Position numbers and translations under genes: made by a program. A stretch of 64,000 bases of DNA from Nitrospira sp. Lineage in GTDB: Bacteria > Nitrospirota > Nitrospiria > Nitrospirales > Nitrospiraceae. The first letter of the stretch is position 1, and every line of letters starts with the position of its first letter. The DNA lies in the NCBI GenBank assembly GCA_016788885.1, contig JAEURX010000013.1, positions 59,820-123,819 of the forward strand, read 5' to 3'. Positions 58,976 to 64,000 of the stretch are shown in pieces. The notes beneath the pieces are model-generated. The model had not been told where the DNA came from and searched no databases. It was given only the letters and a program-made list of their open reading frames with translations.

Positions 58976-60046
58976 ATGATGCGATTTGCTTTGCCGGTTC
59001 GCGCGATCACGATACTGCTCTGTCTCCGTGCGTTCGAGGGGGGGGATGGCCTTGTTCAGGCCTCGCCCTCCGCTCATGCGCCTCATGGCACTGTGACCAT
59101 TGAAGGTGTGACCGTACCTGATATCGGGCCGCTGCCTGCCGTCGTTCCTGTCCCTTCTTCGAATCTGAACTATGCCGCGAAGATAGAACTCGGCAAACAA
59201 CTGTATTTCGATGGGCGGCTTTCCAAGAATAACGCCATCTCTTGTGCATTTTGTCACAATCCAGGGACAGGCTTTGCGGATTCCCGTCAAACCTCTATCG
59301 GGGTCGACGGTGGGGTCGGAGGGCGTCAATCGCCGACGGTCTACAACACGGCATTTAACCATGTGCAGTTCTGGGATGGACGGGCGCGGTCCTTGGAGGA
59401 GCAGGCGATCGGGCCGATTCATAATCCCGTCGAGATGGCCGAAACACATGAGCATGTGGTGTCCAAGTTGAGCAAAATCAAAGGCTACCAACAGCAATTT
59501 CGAGCGGTGTTTGGAGCCGAGGTGAGTTTGCAAGGGATCGCCGAAGCCATTGCAGCCTATGAGCGCACAGTGCTGTCGACGAATTCAGCGTTTGATAAGT
59601 ATATGTTAGGCGATCAGAAGGCGATGGATGAGGCGGCGGTTCGTGGTCTGGCGCTCTTTAAAGGCAAAGCCCGCTGCGTGCTTTGCCACAGCGGGGCGAA
59701 CTTGACGGATAATCAGTTCCACAATCTTGGTGTGCCTCAGGTGGGGCCGATGAAAGAGGACCTCGGTCGGTATAACGTCACCAGGGCGGAAAAAGACAAG
59801 CGTGCGTTCAAGACTCCCACGCTGCGCAGCATTACGGAAACGTCGCCATACATGCACGACGGTGCGTTTAAGACGCTGGAGGAAGTGGTTGAGTTTATGG
59901 ATCAAGGGGGTGGGAGCAATCCCAATCTGAGTCCGCTGGTGAAACCTTTGAACTTGACCGCGGAAGAAAAGACCGACCTCGTGGCGTTTTTGAAGGCGTT
60001 GACGGGTGAGCCGTTGAAGTTCAGCATGCCGAAGTTGCCAAAATAA
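58976..60046 (+). CDS. Periplasmic diheme cytochrome c peroxidase (bCcP/MauG superfamily)
   Basis: LGKQLYFDGRLS, CAFCH, QFWDGR, CVLCH and FKTPTLR...PYMHDG; signal peptide; start moved to 58976. Confidence 0.93.
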   Translation: MMRFALPVRAITILLCLRAFEGGDGLVQASPSAHAPHGTVTIEGVTVPDIGPLPAVVPVPSSNLNYAAKIELGKQLYFDGRLSKNNAISCAFCHNPGTGFADSRQTSIGVDGGVGGRQSPTVYNTAFNHVQFWDGRARSLEEQAIGPIHNPVEMAETHEHVVSKLSKIKGYQQQFRAVFGAEVSLQGIAEAIAAYERTVLSTNSAFDKYMLGDQKAMDEAAVRGLALFKGKARCVLCHSGANLTDNQFHNLGVPQVGPMKEDLGRYNVTRAEKDKRAFKTPTLRSITETSPYMHDGAFKTLEEVVEFMDQGGGSNPNLSPLVKPLNLTAEEKTDLVAFLKALTGEPLKFSMPKLPK

Positions 60047-60157
60047 TTTGTGAATCCTTTTTGATGGCCATGGCTCTCACGGGCAGGCGAGCGTAATGGA
60101 TTGGTTTGTTCATACATCATCTCGGTGCATTCCAACCCCAACCAGAGGAGGCCTCAT

Positions 60158-60664
60158 ATGTTTCGACATCTTTGCGTGCTTGGTGCGAGCACGCTGGTAC
60201 TTGCCATCGGCGGGCCCGTCTTCGCAGCGGACGGGAAACCGGGGCCGGCAGACGGATTCGACATTCACGTAATGGCGCCCCATAAGATGGAGGACGGCTC
60301 TGTGGCTGGCCCGTTCCATCACTATTGTAAGGCCATCAAGCCGGAAGTATTGCAGTGTCTGCTGTTTGAGTCGACGGAGCCGAATGCAGTGCTGACGGAT
60401 GTGGAGTATTTCGTCGCGAAACCTGTGTCTCGATCGGCGGTGTCGCTCGACGTATGGAATAAGTTTTATCATGACCATGAAGTCGAGATTGCCACTGGGC
60501 GGGTTCAGGTATTGGACATGCCTGATGCGCAGGCGAAGGACGTTGCGGCAGCCGCTGCCAAGACAGATGGGATCATTTTTCATTTGTGGCCGAAGGGCGC
60601 CAAAGCTCCGGATGGAACGGTCGGGCATCCGACCTCAGTTGGACATAAGCCACGGACGGAGTAA
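60158..60664 (+). CDS. DUF1264/OBAP-family protein, Sec signal peptide
   Basis: HHYC, QCLLF, VEY, HDHEVE and TDG..FHLW; RBS GAGGAGG; start moved to 60158. Confidence 0.8.
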   Translation: MFRHLCVLGASTLVLAIGGPVFAADGKPGPADGFDIHVMAPHKMEDGSVAGPFHHYCKAIKPEVLQCLLFESTEPNAVLTDVEYFVAKPVSRSAVSLDVWNKFYHDHEVEIATGRVQVLDMPDAQAKDVAAAAAKTDGIIFHLWPKGAKAPDGTVGHPTSVGHKPRTE

Positions 60665-60715
60665 CACCGCCGTTCACCAATGATCGATTCCAAGACGAAA
60701 GGTAAGGAGGCCACT

Positions 60716-61267
60716 ATGCGAAGTGCGATTGCGGTGATTGGGTTGTGTGCCGCCGTGGTGACGGCGACTGGTTGTGCGGAAACCTCTCATGAAATGAAAA
60801 CAGCTGCCACCGCGGCACCGGCTGCCGCGGCAAGGTCCCTGCCGACTCCGGCGCAGGGCTATACGATTCACGTGATGGCGCCTCATAAGTTCGAGGACGG
60901 TTCCGTCCATGGTCCGTATCATCACTACTGCAAGCCCATCTCCCCTGAGGTGTTGCAGTGTCTGCTGTTCGAATCGACCGATTCGAACGCCTTGCTGACG
61001 GACATTGAGTATTTCGTCGCCAAATCCGTTTCGAGGTCTCATGTCCCATTGGAAACATGGAATAAGTACTACCACGATCATGAAGTTGAGATTGCGACGG
61101 GACGGGTACAGATTCTTGACATGCCTGATGCTCAGGCAAAGGAAGTCGCGGCGGCTGCGGCCAAGACAGATGGAATCATTTTCCATCTTTGGCCGGATGG
61201 CGCGAAGGCGCCGAATGGTGAGGTTGGACATCCGCAGTCGGTTGGCCATAAGCCTCGAACCGAATAG
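60716..61267 (+). CDS. DUF1264/OBAP-family paralogue, lipoprotein
   Basis: Same motifs as the upstream gene; lipobox TATGC; RBS TAAGGAGG; start moved to 60716. Confidence 0.8.
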   Translation: MRSAIAVIGLCAAVVTATGCAETSHEMKTAATAAPAAAARSLPTPAQGYTIHVMAPHKFEDGSVHGPYHHYCKPISPEVLQCLLFESTDSNALLTDIEYFVAKSVSRSHVPLETWNKYYHDHEVEIATGRVQILDMPDAQAKEVAAAAAKTDGIIFHLWPDGAKAPNGEVGHPQSVGHKPRTE

Positions 61268-61285
61268 CAGCGCAAGGTAACACTG

Positions 61286-61334
61286 ACAGGCGGAAAGGCC
61301 GGAACATGAGGCTTTTCCGCCTGTGCTGTTTCTT
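61286..61334 (+). terminator. Probable terminator or stabilising hairpin after the DUF1264 pair
   Basis: ACAGGCGGAAAGGCC / GGCTTTTCCGCCTGT stem followed by GCTGTTTCTT. Confidence 0.65.
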
Positions 61335-61351
61335 GTAGGGATGGAGATGCC

Positions 61352-61801
61352 ATGATGCGATGTGGCCGTGTGTGGATACTTGCTGGGGCGTTATTGAGTC
61401 TGGCTGCCGCCGTGTGGTCGGCGGATTCGGAGGTGTTGCGGCCTCGTGTACCAATCGACCAGATGGAATCTGCCCGCGCAGTGACTAATCCCTTCCCCGT
61501 GACCCCCGAAGTGCTTCAGAAGGGTAAGGCCCTTTTTGAAGGGAAAGCGTTTTGTCGTGCCTGCCACGGAGCGGATGGGAAAGGATTGGGAATGGACTTG
61601 GACTATTCCACGTTCAAGGGACCGCTCCCAAGGAATTTTACCGACAAGATGTGGCAGCAGACCAGAACGGATGGAGAATTGTTTTGGATTCTGAAAAACG
61701 GAAGCCCCGGAACGGATATGGCGCCGTTTATTCCATTGATTTTGACGGAAGAGGAAGCGTGGCAGGTCCTGATGTATGTTCGGTCGTTCGGTCGGCCATG
61801 A
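61352..61801 (+). CDS. Monoheme c-type cytochrome
   Basis: Signal peptide, CRACH, PRNFTD and PGTDMAPF (candidate Met ligand). Confidence 0.92.
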   Translation: MMRCGRVWILAGALLSLAAAVWSADSEVLRPRVPIDQMESARAVTNPFPVTPEVLQKGKALFEGKAFCRACHGADGKGLGMDLDYSTFKGPLPRNFTDKMWQQTRTDGELFWILKNGSPGTDMAPFIPLILTEEEAWQVLMYVRSFGRP

Positions 61802-61851
61802 GGAGTGCGGCCGGCATCTGCCTGGTCGGTATTAGGGCATCGACTGCAGCC

Positions 61852-62226
61852 TTAGCGGCGGTAGGCCGCCAGGAACATGGCCAGTCGACTGTGGTCCGGA
61901 GGGGGGAGCCGTAGGAATTCAATGCCGAAGTAGCCGTCACGAACCCAGCGTATGGCTGCGAGTTCAACGACCAAGGCGCGGACCTGGTCTGGCAGGAGCA
62001 GGCGAACGGTGACATAGCCGCCCTCCAATACTGGGCGGTCGCACTCTATCAGGCAGCCTGTAGGGGACAGATTGTGAATCATGCCCTCTCCAATAAAGGG
62101 CGCACCGGCGAACATGGCTGGATGGCTAACTCCTAGGCGGTCGTGGGACCGCTGAAAGCGAAGAGTGGTAGCTGATGCGGTGGAATGGTTGTGTGGCCTT
62201 TGTGGCGGCGATGCATGCGTTTGCAT
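61852..62226 (-). CDS. Stand-alone PilZ-domain protein
   Basis: RSHDR (RxxxR) and NLSPTG (D/NxSxxG), ending in GIEF; start moved to ATG 62226. Confidence 0.85.
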   Translation of the reverse strand: MQTHASPPQRPHNHSTASATTLRFQRSHDRLGVSHPAMFAGAPFIGEGMIHNLSPTGCLIECDRPVLEGGYVTVRLLLPDQVRALVVELAAIRWVRDGYFGIEFLRLPPPDHSRLAMFLAAYRR

Positions 62227-62345
62227 GAGTGGCAGTGTAGGGCGTGGGAGTGAAAAACAACAGCCCTGCCTTAGAGGGGCCTGTGGCGACTCGGGTGGGC
62301 CACTGCCTGTGGGTGGCAAGCCGGTACCACCGCGGATTCTTGAGG

Positions 62346-62546
62346 CTATCCCCGGATGGCGACGTAAAACCGATGGTGGCAGGAGCGGCATCGCCATGGA
62401 AATCGACCGCAGAGATGTCGAAGGAAGTCGCGCCATCCACGACGCTCCGATCGACGTACGGTTTCAATGCAGCGGGGACAAGTGAAGAAGGAGTTGTCTG
62501 TTGCGGCCTGGTGTGATCGGTCATTCTGGGAGGAAGGAAGGTTCAT
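62346..62546 (-). CDS. Small zinc-ribbon protein
   Basis: CPRC...RRSERRG...PWRCRSCHHRF; start at ATG 62546 has no clear RBS. Confidence 0.6.
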   Translation of the reverse strand: MNLPSSQNDRSHQAATDNSFFTCPRCIETVRRSERRGWRDFLRHLCGRFPWRCRSCHHRFYVAIRG

Positions 62547-62772
62547 GCTGGGGTGTGTCCGTTGAGTTGTTCCATCAACGACGGCTCTTTCAGAAGGGAC
62601 TGACAGGCAGTGCGCAAGCTCAAATCTCCTTGCCTCAGATGCGACAATCGGTCTCGATAGGGGATGAGGAGCAGATCGAACGGCGCATAGCACAGCTGAG
62701 CCGCGAGCGCCTCGCGGCTGCTGGGGGCGGTGCTTTTTTTGCGAGTGTCTACGGGGTGTCCGTGAACGGTTC

Positions 62773-62931
62773 TCACTCCTGCCACCATACCAAGCGGATC
62801 AGATAGATTCCTGCCACATAGGTTCCTGCGATGAAGATTGCCCAGAGCATGATTCGCTTCTCCTTTTTGCGCTGATTAGACTCAAGGTAGTTCGCAATGA
62901 CTCGTCGTGATGTGGTGGGAGCAACTCGCAT
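62773..62931 (-). CDS. 52-aa single-pass membrane protein (not in the ORF track)
   Basis: Hand translation MRVAPTTSRRVIANYLESNQRKKEKRIMLWAIFIAGTYVAGIYLIRLVWWQE: basic patch followed by a TM helix. Confidence 0.55.
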   Translation of the reverse strand: MRVAPTTSRRVIANYLESNQRKKEKRIMLWAIFIAGTYVAGIYLIRLVWWQE

Positions 62932-63248
62932 ACCACGAAAGCAATTCCGCGTTGCACGGATCGAAGGCGAAAATTCTTGGGTCTGCGGGAAAAAAACATC
63001 TGCCTATCGTGGGATGCTTTTTGCGGTGCGTGATGTCGGTGTATCTAATTCGATAATCGATGAATCAATTTGGATAAAATCATGGGGCGTGACGTGGCCT
63101 GCGGGACGCTATCGTAAATGCCGTTCGATAGGTTTTGACGAAGATCGCTCAGGGCAGTTGTAGTTGTCACACCGTGTATCCGCAGCTGCTTGCCGAGAAG
63201 CATGTCCATCGACGTGTTTCTTTGACTGCTCCATGGTGGCGATTAGGA

Positions 63249-63341
63249 TCAGTAGGCGAGCAGTAGGGAGCCCAGCACTGCGACGAGTACCATAAGTAAG
63301 GACACGAACAGGCTAACTACGGCAGGAAGATTCCAGTTCAT
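63249..63341 (-). CDS. 30-aa hydrophobic peptide (not in the ORF track)
   Basis: Hand translation MNWNLPAVVSLFVSLLMVLVAVLGSLLLAY; weak AGGA upstream. Confidence 0.45.
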   Translation of the reverse strand: MNWNLPAVVSLFVSLLMVLVAVLGSLLLAY

Positions 63342-63571
63342 TGTGTGAGTGTGTTCCTGTGAGGGTAGGTTCTCTGACTCACCAGTCGTAGGTTGATGTG
63401 GTTACTTCTGTGCGTTATGCGGATGGAGGCTGCGCAGTCGTTGTTCGAGCGCGAGGGCTGTGGCAGTGATGGCGTAGCTGCATTCCCCGCAAGACAAGAA
63501 ACCGCCCGTTGGCACTAAGCTGTGGCGTCTGCATTGGGGACACTCGTAAGCTTTCATTGTCATGCTTGTGC

Positions 63572-63817
63572 TCAGTGACAGAGGTCATCGTGCATTGGCG
63601 GACTTGGTGAGAGCGGGGCTTGGATGTGTTGTGAGAGCGGGGCTTGGATGTGTTGAAGGGAAGTTCGTCGCAGATATTCAATGGATAACTTAGATGAGGG
63701 ACTGGTTGTAGCCGCTGTGCGATTTCCACAGTTGACGCAGCGCCAGCGGCCTTTCGGCTGGTAAAAGTCTATGGATGGTTCGATCGTAAGGTATCCTCCG
63801 CAACGTAAACATTTCAT
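63572..63817 (-). CDS. Small zinc-ribbon protein
   Basis: MKCLRCGG...WRCVNCG; RBS GGAAAGGA; start moved to 63817. Confidence 0.7.
   Translation of the reverse strand: MKCLRCGGYLTIEPSIDFYQPKGRWRCVNCGNRTAATTSPSSKLSIEYLRRTSLQHIQAPLSQHIQAPLSPSPPMHDDLCH
63607..63654. repeat. Perfect 24-bp tandem duplication
   Basis: GTGAGAGCGGGGCTTGGATGTGTT twice, at 63607-63630 and 63631-63654. Confidence 0.95.
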
Positions 63818-63855
63818 GGGACTATCCTTTCCTGCTTGGCCCGGTTCGCTGAAAG

Positions 63856-63910
63856 CCGCAGGGGAAGCAAGTGAAGTAAAGGGTCTCACTTCACTTGCTC
63901 CGTCCTGCGG
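63856..63910 (-). other. Long inverted repeat / RNA hairpin
   Basis: 12-bp perfect core AGCAAGTGAAGT / ACTTCACTTGCT with outer CCGCAGG / CCTGCGG. Confidence 0.8.
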
Positions 63911-64000
63911 GTTCGTGCACGCTGCCCCTGGACTGATGGGTAGAGTCAGTGCCAGAATTCCGTCGCGCGAGGGGACAAACGAGCTGTTTAATCCCTAGTC

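Noticed and set aside
63607-63654. Possible CRISPR repeats
   Set aside because: Only two directly adjacent copies, no spacer and no cas genes.
63415-63729. 104-aa ORF containing NTSKPRSH twice
   Set aside because: An alternative frame of the same 24-bp duplication; the CxxC-containing frame with an RBS is better supported.

Overview
GC-rich bacterial chromosome segment with dense, mostly housekeeping gene content. Gene order and the protein families present suggest a Nitrospira-like organism; this is inference and no database search was run. From left to right: (1) tsaE/nnr/pdxJ, then an aminotransferase-hom-thrC-apgM-lysC-cimA amino-acid operon; (2) ihfA-MerR-tRNA-Pro(GGG), surE, DedA, cysS, rlmB; (3) a 15-kb type IV pilus accessory locus with pilD, two complete fimT-pilV-pilW-pilX cassettes separated by a PilB-like ATPase, a PilY2-like gene, a 1460-aa PilY1 and an Ig-like lipoprotein; (4) phoH-ybeY-ftsY, a double-receiver protein, M1 peptidase/PD40/PAP2 genes and a convergent GT2/LAB_N/ArnT envelope-modification cassette; (5) two tatA/B-family genes, an alginate-export-family outer-membrane protein with a long structured leader and a small secreted partner, recQ and thrH; (6) a YdcF/EVE/HExxH/PSP1 group, a putative lysine-catabolic operon, a periplasmic diheme peroxidase + two DUF1264 + cytochrome c cluster, and a run of very small minus-strand ORFs. 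I saw no CRISPR array, transposase, integrase or rRNA. The best candidate for an undescribed system is the diheme peroxidase/DUF1264x2/cytochrome c cluster (58976-61801). Next are the lysine operon with a minimal HglS-like VOC enzyme and the porin/SmbP-like pair with its structured leader. Several start sites were moved from the ORF track using RBS and stop/start-overlap evidence.
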